A program made the translations under genes and the position numbers. A DNA stretch of 64,000 nt, taken from Trueperaceae bacterium (GTDB lineage Bacteria > Deinococcota > Deinococci > Deinococcales > Trueperaceae). The notes beneath the pieces are model-generated. The model did not search any database. It was not told the origin of the DNA and saw nothing but the letters and a program-made list of their open reading frames with translations. Below are positions 21,072 through 31,350 of the stretch, piece after piece (the stretch's first letter is position 1; every line of letters starts with the position of its first letter). Location: contig CBDCDZ010000004.1 of NCBI GenBank assembly GCA_965215565.1, forward strand, positions 1,088,001-1,152,000, in the 5' to 3' direction.

Positions 21072-21122
21072 TACGAACGATTCTATAGTGTTGAGGGTCT
21101 TTCACAGCGTAAGATAATTCCT

Positions 21123-23045
21123 ATGCTACTCGCCGCCTTGCACAAGATCGAAAAGTTCTACGGCGAACAGGTTGTGCTCAGCGGCGCGACTTTAGAAATT
21201 CGTAGTGCCTCGAGGCTCGCTCTCATCGGACGCAACGGCGCGGGCAAGTCCACACTCTTGCGCCTCTTGATGAGTGCCGAAGAGCCGGACAGCGGCGCGG
21301 TCTATAAGCGCGACGGCGTGACCTTGGCGATGTTGGAGCAAGACCCCTTGATCGACGCGGGGCGGAGCGTGCTGGAGGTCTCGGAGGGGGCGTTTACGGA
21401 CCTGGACAGGTTGGAGGGGGAACTCTCGCGGCTCGAGGCGCAAGGCTTGGACCAGCACGAGGTGTACGAGCAGTGGGAGCATCTCCATGAGGTCTTCGAG
21501 CGGCGCGGCGGGTACGAGAGACGGGCGCGGCGCGACTCGGTTCTCTACGCGCTGGGCTTTCGTGGGCGCGAACACGAGGTTGCTTCGCACCTCTCCGGCG
21601 GTGAAAAGACGCGCTTAGGGCTGGCGCGGCTCCTGATGGCGCAGCCCGACGTGCTCCTCTTAGACGAGCCCACCAACCACCTCGACATGGAGATGCGCGA
21701 GTGGTTGGAGGGCTACCTGGGGCGCTACCCCGGCGGCGTGCTCCTCGTCTCACACGACAGGGCGTTTTTGGACTCGGCGAGCAACGCGACAGCGGAGATC
21801 GCCCTTGGTACGCTGCGGACCTTTGACGGCACGCCGAGCCGCTACCGTGAGGCGCGCGCGGAGCAACTTGCCATTGAAGCGGCGACGCGCAAGAATCAGC
21901 AGCAGGAGTTGGCGCGTCTGGACGCCGCCGCGACGCGCATGAAGCGCTGGGCGGGGCAGAACGAGAAGCTCCACCGCCGCGCCAAAGCGATGGAGAAGCG
22001 CGTGGACCGCTACCAGGGCGGGATGATTGGCGAAGCCGAGCGTACGGAGCGCACCACCCGCTTCCGCTTCGACTCGGAGCCCTCGGGCGAGATCGTCTTA
22101 CAGGCGGCGCACCTCAGCAAACGCTTCGGCGACAAGTCCCTCTTCGAAGACGTGCGCTTCACCGTGCGCGCGGGCGAGCGCATTGCATTAGTCGGACCCA
22201 ACGGCGCGGGCAAGTCCACCTTTCTCAACGTCGCTTTAGGCAACCTCGCCAGCGACAATCCCAGAGCCACGCTGGATTACGGCGCGCGGGTGCGCGTCGG
22301 CTACTACGATCAGGAGTTGCGCGGCGTGAACCCGGAGAACACCCTCATCGAAGAGATGATTCGGCTCGTGGGCGACACCGAGGCGCACAACCTCTTGGGG
22401 CGCTTTCTCTTCCCCTACGACGCGCAGTTCAAGCGCGTCGCGGACCTCTCGGGCGGCGAACGCGCGCGCTTGGCGCTCCTCAAGCTGACCTTGGGCGAGT
22501 ACAACTTCTTGGTCTTAGACGAGCCCACCAACCACCTCGACCTGGAGATGATCGAGGCGTTGGAGGACGCCCTGGCGGAGTACGCGGGCACGCTCCTCAT
22601 CGTCTCGCACGATAGGCGTTTTGTGCAAGCGACGACGAACCTCGTGTGTGAGGTGCGCGGCGGGCGTTTCGAAACCTTCGAGGGCGACTGGAGCTTCTAT
22701 CAGCGCAAGCGGCAAGCGCGCGCGGCGCAGATGCAGGAGGCAGCTCGAGCCGAGGTTTCTAACTCGTCTAAAGAGGTTTCCAACTCACCTAAAGTTCCTA
22801 AGATATCCACGAAGAAGACCCCCTCTAAGTGGCAACTGGACCGCGACTCGCAAGCTTTAGAAGATGACATCGAGAGGCTCGAGACCACTCTCACATCTAT
22901 CACCGAACAACTTGCCCAACCCGGACAACTCAAAGGCGAAGAGATCGCCGCGTTGGGGGAGGAGCACGCGCGGCTCGAGGCAGAACTGCTGGAAAGAATG
23001 GCGCGGTGGGAAGAGGTGACGGAGATGTTGAGTGAGAAGGTGTAG
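21123..23045 (+). CDS. ABC-F family ATP-binding protein
   Basis: Two NBDs (GRNGAGKST, GPNGAGKST; LSGGE; LDEPTNHLD twice), no TM, C-terminal coiled coil. Confidence 0.93.
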   Translation: MLLAALHKIEKFYGEQVVLSGATLEIRSASRLALIGRNGAGKSTLLRLLMSAEEPDSGAVYKRDGVTLAMLEQDPLIDAGRSVLEVSEGAFTDLDRLEGELSRLEAQGLDQHEVYEQWEHLHEVFERRGGYERRARRDSVLYALGFRGREHEVASHLSGGEKTRLGLARLLMAQPDVLLLDEPTNHLDMEMREWLEGYLGRYPGGVLLVSHDRAFLDSASNATAEIALGTLRTFDGTPSRYREARAEQLAIEAATRKNQQQELARLDAAATRMKRWAGQNEKLHRRAKAMEKRVDRYQGGMIGEAERTERTTRFRFDSEPSGEIVLQAAHLSKRFGDKSLFEDVRFTVRAGERIALVGPNGAGKSTFLNVALGNLASDNPRATLDYGARVRVGYYDQELRGVNPENTLIEEMIRLVGDTEAHNLLGRFLFPYDAQFKRVADLSGGERARLALLKLTLGEYNFLVLDEPTNHLDLEMIEALEDALAEYAGTLLIVSHDRRFVQATTNLVCEVRGGRFETFEGDWSFYQRKRQARAAQMQEAARAEVSNSSKEVSNSPKVPKISTKKTPSKWQLDRDSQALEDDIERLETTLTSITEQLAQPGQLKGEEIAALGEEHARLEAELLERMARWEEVTEMLSEKV

Positions 23046-23075
23046 CAGGTATTATCTGGTTATAGACGCCCCTAG
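23043..23075 (+). mobile_element. Left-end fragment of MITE-like repeat supplying the ABC-F stop codon
   Basis: TAGCAGGTATTATCTGGT matches element left end; right boundary uncertain. Confidence 0.45.
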
Positions 23076-23229
23076 CTGAGGAAGTGACGACTTAGATTCT
23101 TCTATACCTTCCTAATTCTTGCTTCCTACTTCTCCTCCAAGCCACCACGGGATTGTAGGTCACGCCGCAAAATGGTACGTTGATACCCAGCTTAAATCCG
23201 CAGCAAAGAACGACACCCGGAGGTTTTTT

Positions 23230-24792
23230 ATGCCTGCATTAAGATGGTTTCTCGTCGCCCTCTTGTTCTTCTCCTGTGCTGGCGCACAAGGTACGCTCAA
23301 CTACCCCATCGACGCTGACCCCGAAAGCTTGGACGCTTGGCGCACGACGACGGTGGCCTCGAGGCGCATCCTCGACAACGTCTACGAGGGCTTGACCACA
23401 TTAGACCCGGAGACGGCGGAGATCGTCCCCGGTCTCGCCGAGTCGTGGGAGGTCTCAGACGACGGGCTCACTTACACCTTCAAGCTGCGCGAGGGCGTCT
23501 TATTTCAAGAGGTCGAAGGCGTCGAGTACGAGAACCGGGAGCTGACCGCCGAGGACGTGGTCTGGTCCTGGACGCGCTACCTGACAGAAGACACCAGCAT
23601 CTCGGAGCACCCGGAGTACCTGAGCGCCGTGGCGGGCGCGGAGGAGTATCTGGCGGGAGACGCCGAGAGCGTGTCGGGACTTAACGTGGTGGACGACACT
23701 ACGCTCGAGGTCACCCTAGCCCAACCCAACCACCGCTTCTTGGCGGACCTCATCAACGCTTACGTCGTGCCCGAAGAGGCGTTGGAAGGTTTAGGCGAAG
23801 AACTCTCGAACCGTCCGGTGGGCACGGGGCCCTTCATGCTCGAGAGGTGGAACCGCGACGATCAACTCATCTTGGTTAAAAACCCCGACTATTGGGAGGA
23901 GGACCTGCCGTACCTGGACAGCGTACGCTTCTTGAACGTGCCCGAAGCGAGCACGGGTTTGTTGCAGTACCGCGAGGGCGAGTTAGACCTCTTGCTCGAC
24001 ATCCCCTCCGCGCAGATGGAAGCTGTACGTCAAGAATTTTCCGACGAGTTCTACGAAGCGCCGGGGCTCAACGTGCGCTACTGGGGCTTCAAGATGACGG
24101 GCGAGCCCTTCGGCAGCAACCCCAAACTCCGCCAGGCACTCAATTACGCGGTGGACCGCGAGCTTATCTGGAACGTCTTGATGGAGGGCGCGCGTCGCCC
24201 CGGCACAGCGGGCGTGCTGCCCCCGGAGATGCCAGCGGCGGACGTGCCGGGTTACGAATACGACGTGGAACGCGCAAGGGAGCTGCTCGCCGAGGCAGGC
24301 TACCCCGAAGGTGAGGGCTTAGAGCCCGTAACGCTCTACTACTTCGCCTCCGCCGAGGACGCGCCGCAACTCGCCTTCCAGGACATGATGCGGCAGATCG
24401 GCGTGACGGTCAACCTCCAAAAAGAGGACAACTCGACGTACTGGAGTCACATCGGTGAGGACGACGTGCAACTCTTCTTGTCGGGCTGGAGCGCTGACTT
24501 CGCCGACCCGAGCGAGGTCTTCGACTTCTTGTTCCGCGACGGACGCGACGACACCCAGTACGACAACCCGGAGGTAAACGAACTCCTAGCCGAAGCGAAC
24601 GCCCTGACCGACGACGAGGCGCGCAACGCGCTCTACCGCGAGGTTCACGAGATCATCGTGGCGGACGCGCCCTGGATCGTCTCGGCGTACTCGACTATCA
24701 CCTTTTTGCAGAAACCTTATGTCGAGGGGCTTGCCGTTTCCCCCGCAGGTCTCTACCGCGCGCCGCTCAAGTACGTCCAGATCGAGCGCTGA
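23230..24792 (+). CDS. Peptide/nickel ABC transporter substrate-binding protein (family 5)
   Basis: Signal peptide, PGLAESWEVSDDGLTYTFKLR, PVGTGPF, LRQALNYAVDR. Confidence 0.92.
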   Translation: MPALRWFLVALLFFSCAGAQGTLNYPIDADPESLDAWRTTTVASRRILDNVYEGLTTLDPETAEIVPGLAESWEVSDDGLTYTFKLREGVLFQEVEGVEYENRELTAEDVVWSWTRYLTEDTSISEHPEYLSAVAGAEEYLAGDAESVSGLNVVDDTTLEVTLAQPNHRFLADLINAYVVPEEALEGLGEELSNRPVGTGPFMLERWNRDDQLILVKNPDYWEEDLPYLDSVRFLNVPEASTGLLQYREGELDLLLDIPSAQMEAVRQEFSDEFYEAPGLNVRYWGFKMTGEPFGSNPKLRQALNYAVDRELIWNVLMEGARRPGTAGVLPPEMPAADVPGYEYDVERARELLAEAGYPEGEGLEPVTLYYFASAEDAPQLAFQDMMRQIGVTVNLQKEDNSTYWSHIGEDDVQLFLSGWSADFADPSEVFDFLFRDGRDDTQYDNPEVNELLAEANALTDDEARNALYREVHEIIVADAPWIVSAYSTITFLQKPYVEGLAVSPAGLYRAPLKYVQIER

Positions 24793-25023
24793 TGTTCTTG
24801 AGAGCATCTGCTAAAGCATCTTGAGGACTCACTTAGCAAAATGTCGGACAGAAGGGTGAAGCGTATTATTCCGAGCCAGACCAGAGTGGAGCTTCGCAAC
24901 GAAGCTCTGCTCACCTATTCTAGTGGCTACGCAGCTCGAGACCTCTTTCCCCGCACCTTCCCCCACATCTTTTTTCGGGGTGACACTCATCTTTCGGACC
25001 TCGGCAAACGGACTCCTCAATAG

Positions 25024-25968
25024 ATGTTCCAGTACATCTTGCAACGCCTTCTGCTCGCCGTCCCCACCCTACTCGGCGTCTTCACCATCATCTTCGCGCT
25101 GACCTACCTCATGCCGGGCGACCCGGTGCGCGCGGCGATGGGCGAGAACTACCGCCGCGCCGACCCCGAGACCATCGAGCGAGTGCGCGAGCGCTTGGGT
25201 CTGAACGACCCTTGGTACGTGCAGTACACGCGCTTTTTGGGACGTACGGTGCGCGGCGACTTGGGCGAGAGTTTCGTGTTGGACGAGCCCGTGCTAGGGA
25301 TTATCAGCTACCGCTTCCCGCGCACGGTGCAGCTCATGGTGGCGGCGCTCTTCGTCGCGATCCTCATCGGGATTCCGGCGGGCTTGCTCGCGGCACGCTA
25401 CCAGTACACCTGGATTGACCACACCCTGATGCTCGTCGCGCTCGTCGGGGTTGCGATGCCGGTTTTCTGGCAGGCGATTTTGGCTAAGATTTTTTTGACT
25501 CAAGACACGTACGGTATCGCGCTCTTTCCCGTCGCGGGCTACGGGGGCGGCAACCCGCTCTACATGGTGCTGCCCTCGCTCGTGTTGGGCACGCACCTGA
25601 GCGCCACCATCGCCCGCGTGATGCGCTCGTCGCTCCTAGAGGAGCGCAGCAAGGACTACTCGAGGACCGCCCGCTCGAAAGGGCTCAGCGGCGCGCAGAT
25701 CATCACTCGCCATCAGCTCCGCAACGCGCTCATCCCTGTATTGACCGTGATCGGGTTGGATGTCGGCTACCTCTTGGGCGGCTCGGTGGTCACAGAGACG
25801 GTCTTTAACTGGCCCGGTTTGGGGCGTGCGGTGGTCAACGCCATCTTCCGTCAGGACAGTCCGGTCATCATCGGCACGCTCGTCTTCGGCGCGGTGCTCT
25901 TCATCTTGGTGAACCTCGTCATCGACCTCTTGTACGTGGCGCTCAACCCGCAGATTCAGTACACGTGA
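25024..25968 (+). CDS. Peptide ABC transporter permease (DppB/OppB-like)
   Basis: MPGDP, LGLNDP..VQY, RTARSKGL, ETVFNWPGLG. Confidence 0.93.
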   Translation: MFQYILQRLLLAVPTLLGVFTIIFALTYLMPGDPVRAAMGENYRRADPETIERVRERLGLNDPWYVQYTRFLGRTVRGDLGESFVLDEPVLGIISYRFPRTVQLMVAALFVAILIGIPAGLLAARYQYTWIDHTLMLVALVGVAMPVFWQAILAKIFLTQDTYGIALFPVAGYGGGNPLYMVLPSLVLGTHLSATIARVMRSSLLEERSKDYSRTARSKGLSGAQIITRHQLRNALIPVLTVIGLDVGYLLGGSVVTETVFNWPGLGRAVVNAIFRQDSPVIIGTLVFGAVLFILVNLVIDLLYVALNPQIQYT

Positions 25969-26819
25969 CGGGCTTTCAGCGCTTTACGCGCAGCAGGATC
26001 GTCAGGACCTTTTTGCGCCACCGGGTGGGGCTTATCGGGTTGGGCATCGTTGCGGTCTTCAGCCTCGCGGCGATTTTCGCGCCGCTGCTCGCGCCGCACG
26101 ACCCCTTGGAGCAGCGCATTGCGACGGCGCGGCTCGAGCCTCCCTCCGCCGAGTACCCGCTCGGCACGGACGAACTCGGGCGCGACCTCTTGAGCCGCCT
26201 CATCTACGGCGCGCGCATCTCCATGCGCATCGGGCTCATCGCCGAGGGCATCGCGCTGGGCATCGGTATCACGCTAGGAAGCTTGGCGGGCTACCTGGGC
26301 GGCTGGGTGGACAACCTCATCATGCGCCTCACGGATGTGTTCTTCGCCATCCCTTCGCTGCTCTTTCTGATCGTCGTCGTGTTTATCTTCGACGCGAGCG
26401 CCACGACTATCTTCGTGGCGCTCGGGCTCATCAGTTGGCCCAGCGAGGCGCGGCTCATGCGCTCCGAGGTGCTGAGGCTGCGCGGTCGCGAGTTCGTCAC
26501 CGCCGCCGAAGCGTTGGGCTCGCCCAAACGCCGCGTCATCGTCCGCCACATCCTCCCGAACGCGCTCGCCTCGATGGTGGTTATCGGCTCGCTGGGCGTG
26601 GCGGGCGCAATTTTAAGCGAAGCGACGCTCTCCTTTCTCGGACTGGGCATCCAGCAACCCGTGCCGAGTTGGGGCACGATGATCAACCAGGGGCAGGAGT
26701 ACATCTTCACCGCGTGGTGGTACAGTGTCTTTCCGGGGCTCACGATTATGTTGGTTGTGCTTGGGTTTAACTTCGTCGGCGACGCGCTGCGCGACGCGCT
26801 GGCGGTCGAGGAGCGCTAA
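25965..26819 (+). CDS. Peptide ABC transporter permease (DppC/OppC-like)
   Basis: LGTDELGRD, EFVTAAEALG, RHILPN, LSFLGLG; GTGA overlap with previous gene. Confidence 0.93.
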   Translation: MTGFQRFTRSRIVRTFLRHRVGLIGLGIVAVFSLAAIFAPLLAPHDPLEQRIATARLEPPSAEYPLGTDELGRDLLSRLIYGARISMRIGLIAEGIALGIGITLGSLAGYLGGWVDNLIMRLTDVFFAIPSLLFLIVVVFIFDASATTIFVALGLISWPSEARLMRSEVLRLRGREFVTAAEALGSPKRRVIVRHILPNALASMVVIGSLGVAGAILSEATLSFLGLGIQQPVPSWGTMINQGQEYIFTAWWYSVFPGLTIMLVVLGFNFVGDALRDALAVEER

Positions 26820-27151
26820 TGCGCTCTGAAGCGTTGTCTCGCAGACTTGGCAAATATGGGCTTAGTGGATGGCGAAAGGAGTCGTGATGATGTAACTCGA
26901 GACCTTCGCGAGATGATGGTGCACAAAACGTGCGGTTAAACCTGTCGCACTTCCCCACTCAAGGAGGGCACCTTCCGCGTTCATTGAGGTTGAAGTGTAC
27001 CCTTCTGCCTCGACAAAACATCCTGTGAGATTCAAACCGTGCAGATCTTGGAATCAGATCATATAGAATTTTGGAACAAATTTCTTAACGCCGAAAGAGG
27101 TTCTGACAACGTCTTGACAGTAGCCCGTAAAGCTAGGGACCGGAGGTCAAC

Positions 27152-30100
27152 ATGAGATTTATCTACGCCGCATTACTTCTACTCATTGCCGCATGTGGAG
27201 CGTCACCTAACGAGGTGAACCAGCCCGATGGCACCCTCGTAGGTGACGCCGACGTCACCTTTTCAGAAGACGCCACCGCTTACTCGCTCCAGGTGCTGCA
27301 CGCCGGCGACCAGGAAGCGAGCCCGGACGTCATCACCAATGCGCCGAACTTCTCAGCCATCGTCAACGGGTTGAGAGAAGAGTCAGGTAACACTGTGACG
27401 CTCGGCTCGGGCGACCTCGTCATCCCCGGCGCGTTCTACTTCGCGACGGACGGGCGGGCGGACGTACGCATCGCGAACGCCATCGGCTTTCAGGCGATGG
27501 CTTTGGGCAACCACGAGTTCGACCTCGGCACGAACGCGCTCGCGGGGCTTATCGCGCAAGAGGTCGAGGACGACGGCGCGCTCATCTACGCCGGGACGCA
27601 GTTCCCCTACCTAAGCGCGAACTTGGACTTCAGCGCGAACGAAGACCTGAGCGGCCTCGTCGTTTCGGGCGCGCAAGCCCCGGAGCCTAACAGCGTCACG
27701 GACAGCGTGGTGATCGAGGTGGGCGGCGAGCGTATCGGTGTCGTCGGCGCAACGACGCCGCAGCTACCCAACATCTCGTCACCCGGCACGGTGCAGGTGT
27801 TGCCTATGCAGCAAAGCGACATCGAAGGTTTGACTGAGCTTATTCAAGAGGAGATCGACGCACTTACGGGCGAGGGCGTCAACAAGGTCATCCTGCTCTC
27901 CCACTTGCAACAGATTCAAAACGAGATCGACTTGGCGGGTCTCTTGCAAGGGGTGGACGTCATCATCGCAGGCGGCTCGGACACTCTCTTAGCGAACGAT
28001 GACGACCGCATCCGCGAGGAATATGGCAAGGAGCCGGGCGGCTCCTACCCGCTGCTCTACACCTCGGCGGCGGGCGAGCCCGTCGCGCTGGTCAATACAG
28101 ACCGCGAATACCGTTACGTGGGGCGTCTCCTGACCGACTTCGACGCGGACGGCGTCTTGACGGGTATCGGCGAGGCGAGCGGCCCTTACGCCGCCGACGC
28201 CGAAGGCGTGGCAGCCTTCGGCGCGGAGCCTGCGCCCGAAGTCGTGGAGGCGGTGAACGAGGTCGAGGAGACCCTAGTCGACCTCGACGGCACGCTCTAC
28301 GGCGCGACCGAGGTGTTCTTAAACGGTATCCGCGAGGCGGTGCGCACTCAGGAGACGAACCTCGGCAACCTCACGGCGGACGCGAACTTAGCTGCCGCGC
28401 TCTCTCAGAGCGACAGTGTCACCCTGTCGCTTAAAAACGGTGGTGGCATCCGCGCTTCTATTGGCGACATCTTGCCCGGCGACACCGGCGAGCGGGTCCC
28501 GCCGCAGGAGAACCCCTTAATCGAGGATGACCAAGACGGCGACGTGTCGCAACTCGACATCCAGAACTCGCTGCGCTTCAACAACACGCTCGTGACCCTT
28601 ACGGTGACGGCGGAGGAGCTGAAGCGGCTGCTCGAGCACGGCGTCGCCGCCACCGAGCCCGGCGCGACACCGGGGCAGTTCCCGCAGGTGGGCGGCTTCG
28701 CCTTCTCCTTCGATCCGAGCCGACAAGCGCTGCAGTACGATGAGGCGGGCGAACTAGTCCAGGAGGGCGAGCGCGTGCGGAGCCTCGTCGTGTTTGACGC
28801 GGAGGGCAGCGTCGCGGACACGGTGGTAGAGAACGGCGAATTGCAGGGTTCACCCATGCGCACCTTCGAACTCGTCACCTTGAACTTCTTAGCCGAGCTG
28901 CGCGAGAACGGCTTAGGCGGCGACGGCTACCCCTTCCCGGCGGGCGAACGCACCGAACTTACAGGCGAAGCGGGCGAGCCCTTGGGCGAGCAAGCGGCGC
29001 TCCAAACCTACTTAGAGGCGAACTTCCCGCGCACGGACCCCTACAGCCAAGCGGACACGCCTGCCGAAGAGGACGCGCGCATCCAGAACTTGAGTGTCCG
29101 CGAGGACACAATCGGCGAGGGCAATACGGGCGGCGGGGGCGATACGGGCAGTGGGGGCGAGCCCGAGACCGTGCCCATCTACGCCGTCCAGGGTGAAAGC
29201 CACGTCTCGCCCTTCGAGGGTGAAGACGTCGTCACGACGGGCATCGTCACGGCGGTGGGCGCGAACGGCTTCTACCTCCAAGACGCCGAAGGGGACGGAA
29301 ACGAGGCAACGTCAGACGCGCTCTTTGTCTTCACCGGAAGCGAAGCGCGGAGCGAGCAGACCGTGAGCGTCGGCGACGAAGTAGAGGTCAGGGGCTCCGT
29401 GAGCGAGTTCGCCCCCGGCGGCGCGGACACGGGCAACCTCTCGACGACGCAAATTTTTAGACCGGGCGTCGAGGTGCTGTCTCGTGACAACCCCCTGCCG
29501 AGCCCAGTCCTGCTCGTTCAAGGCGAACGGACGCCGCCCACCGAGGTCATCGACGACGACCGCTCGGAGCAGTACAGTCTCAACGCAGGCGAGGGCGACT
29601 ACCAGCCCGCCGAAGACGGGGTGGATTTCTACGAGAGCTTAGAGGCGATGCGCGTTACGGTCGAGGGCGCTCAGGTGGTAGGTCCCACCAACCGCTTCGG
29701 CGAAATCTTCACCGTGTTAGAGGCGAGTGGCGCGACCGGCTTGAGCGAGCGCGGCACCCTCAACATCAGCCCAGGCGACTTCAACCCCGAGCGCATCCAG
29801 ATCGACGAGGATGAGGACCTCTTCGACGTCGACCTTCCGCAGGTGGATGTTGGCGCACTCCTCACGGACGTGACGGGCGTCGTCGGTTACGGCTTCGGCA
29901 ACTTTGAGGTCTATCCAACGGCGGCGTTCGGGGTCTTCGAGGTGGAGGATGCGTCCCCGCTCGAGCCCGAGATAAGCACCTTGGAGGGCAGTGAAGACGA
30001 ACTCAGCGTCGCGAGCTACAACGTGCTCAACTTGGACCCGAACGACGACGACGGCGACGCGGACATCGCTGAAGGTCAGTTTGCGGACATCGCTACCGAC

Positions 30101-30982
30101 ATCGTCACGAACTTAAACGCCCCCGACATCGTCGCGCTGCAAGAGGTTCAGGACAACGACGGCTCGGTCACACCCGGCGAGTCAACCATCACGGCGGCGG
30201 ACGTGACGCTGCAAACGCTGGTGGACGCTATCGTAAACGCGGGGGGTCCCGAGTACGCCTCCATTGACAACCCCTTCATCGGCAACAACACGAGCGGCGG
30301 GCAACCCGGCGGCAACATCCGCACCGCCTTTTTATACAACCCCGAGCGCGTCAGCTTGGCAGGCGAGCCGCAGCTAGGCGACTACGACGCGGGCGCGGTG
30401 CAGACCGTCACAGACCCGCAGGACCAACAGACGAATGAGGACAATCCCTTCTTCGGCAGCCGCCTGCCCCTCGCCGCTACCTTCACCTTCAACGCTCAAG
30501 AGGTCACGGTCATCAGCAACCACTTCTCCTCCAAGGGAGGCAGCAAGCCGCTCTTAGGCTCAACCCAGCGGACCGTCGTCGCGGACGCGGAGCCGGGCGA
30601 GGGTCAAGAGGACCCCGAAATCAACGGCAGCTTAGACGAACGTCGCGACCAAGCGCGCGCGCTCAAAGCTTACGTGGACGCCCTCTTAGCAGAGGACGCG
30701 GACGCGAATATCGTCGTCGCCGGTGACTTCAACGAGTTCGAGTTCATCTCGCCCTTGCAGACGCTCGAGACGAGCCTCGTCAACCTGACCGAGACGCTGG
30801 AGCCCGACGAGCGCTACTCCTACATCTTCCAGGGCAACTCGCAGTCACTGGACCACATCTTGGTGAGCGCGTCGCTGGCGGAAGGCGCGCAGTTCGACGC
30901 GGTGCACGTCAACAGCGAGTTCGCCGAGCAAGCCTCTGACCACGACCCGCTCCTGGCGCTCCTCTCACTTTCTGAGCGCTAA
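27152..30982 (+). CDS. Lipoprotein: 5'-nucleotidase (metallophosphoesterase + C domain) fused to OB-fold/EEP extracellular nuclease
   Basis: Lipobox IAAC; LGNHEFD, ETNLGNLTADA, NGGGIRAS; GFYLQD, SYNVLN, LQEVQD, GDFNE, SDHDP. Confidence 0.88.
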   Translation: MRFIYAALLLLIAACGASPNEVNQPDGTLVGDADVTFSEDATAYSLQVLHAGDQEASPDVITNAPNFSAIVNGLREESGNTVTLGSGDLVIPGAFYFATDGRADVRIANAIGFQAMALGNHEFDLGTNALAGLIAQEVEDDGALIYAGTQFPYLSANLDFSANEDLSGLVVSGAQAPEPNSVTDSVVIEVGGERIGVVGATTPQLPNISSPGTVQVLPMQQSDIEGLTELIQEEIDALTGEGVNKVILLSHLQQIQNEIDLAGLLQGVDVIIAGGSDTLLANDDDRIREEYGKEPGGSYPLLYTSAAGEPVALVNTDREYRYVGRLLTDFDADGVLTGIGEASGPYAADAEGVAAFGAEPAPEVVEAVNEVEETLVDLDGTLYGATEVFLNGIREAVRTQETNLGNLTADANLAAALSQSDSVTLSLKNGGGIRASIGDILPGDTGERVPPQENPLIEDDQDGDVSQLDIQNSLRFNNTLVTLTVTAEELKRLLEHGVAATEPGATPGQFPQVGGFAFSFDPSRQALQYDEAGELVQEGERVRSLVVFDAEGSVADTVVENGELQGSPMRTFELVTLNFLAELRENGLGGDGYPFPAGERTELTGEAGEPLGEQAALQTYLEANFPRTDPYSQADTPAEEDARIQNLSVREDTIGEGNTGGGGDTGSGGEPETVPIYAVQGESHVSPFEGEDVVTTGIVTAVGANGFYLQDAEGDGNEATSDALFVFTGSEARSEQTVSVGDEVEVRGSVSEFAPGGADTGNLSTTQIFRPGVEVLSRDNPLPSPVLLVQGERTPPTEVIDDDRSEQYSLNAGEGDYQPAEDGVDFYESLEAMRVTVEGAQVVGPTNRFGEIFTVLEASGATGLSERGTLNISPGDFNPERIQIDEDEDLFDVDLPQVDVGALLTDVTGVVGYGFGNFEVYPTAAFGVFEVEDASPLEPEISTLEGSEDELSVASYNVLNLDPNDDDGDADIAEGQFADIATDIVTNLNAPDIVALQEVQDNDGSVTPGESTITAADVTLQTLVDAIVNAGGPEYASIDNPFIGNNTSGGQPGGNIRTAFLYNPERVSLAGEPQLGDYDAGAVQTVTDPQDQQTNEDNPFFGSRLPLAATFTFNAQEVTVISNHFSSKGGSKPLLGSTQRTVVADAEPGEGQEDPEINGSLDERRDQARALKAYVDALLAEDADANIVVAGDFNEFEFISPLQTLETSLVNLTETLEPDERYSYIFQGNSQSLDHILVSASLAEGAQFDAVHVNSEFAEQASDHDPLLALLSLSER

Positions 30983-30996
30983 GCGCCGCTTTTCAG

Positions 30997-31036
30997 TGCC
31001 GCCTCTCGAGTATAGAAAGACGCTCGCGGGGCGGCA
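30997..31036 (+). terminator. Hairpin after nucleotidase gene
   Basis: TGCCGCCTCTCGAG ... CTCGCGGGGCGGCA imperfect inverted repeat. Confidence 0.5.
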
Positions 31037-31145
31037 ACACGCCACCATCACAGGAATTCAAGGACTCGTACGGGGTTGCTTACGTAACTTAGATTTGCAA
31101 GTTAAGTCACTATCATAGTTGCTTGCAAACGCTGAAAGATACTCT

Positions 31146-31256
31146 TAGCAGGTATCATCTGGTCTGAGACACTCCCACTATGGAAAACATCGTTTAGCAC
31201 GCACATTCCGAGATGACATCTGCACTCAACTGTCTCAATATGTTTTGGAACTGCTA
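31146..31256 (+). mobile_element. MITE-like element (111 bp) with 3-bp target duplication TCT
   Basis: tct|TAGCAGGTATCATCTGG ... GGAACTGCTA|tct. Confidence 0.8.
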
Positions 31257-31350
31257 TCTGTAGGGGCGTTTACGTCAATCTATTTTGAGGCTCGAGCCTC
31301 CCCTCCTCCCGAATCACACTTTACGCTTCCACAAGTGCTACGCTTTTTTC

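Noticed and set aside
24793..25023. Possible riboswitch or ncRNA between ABC binding protein and permease
   Set aside because: Only a short hairpin (GAGCTTCG...CGAAGCTC) is visible; no recognisable aptamer.
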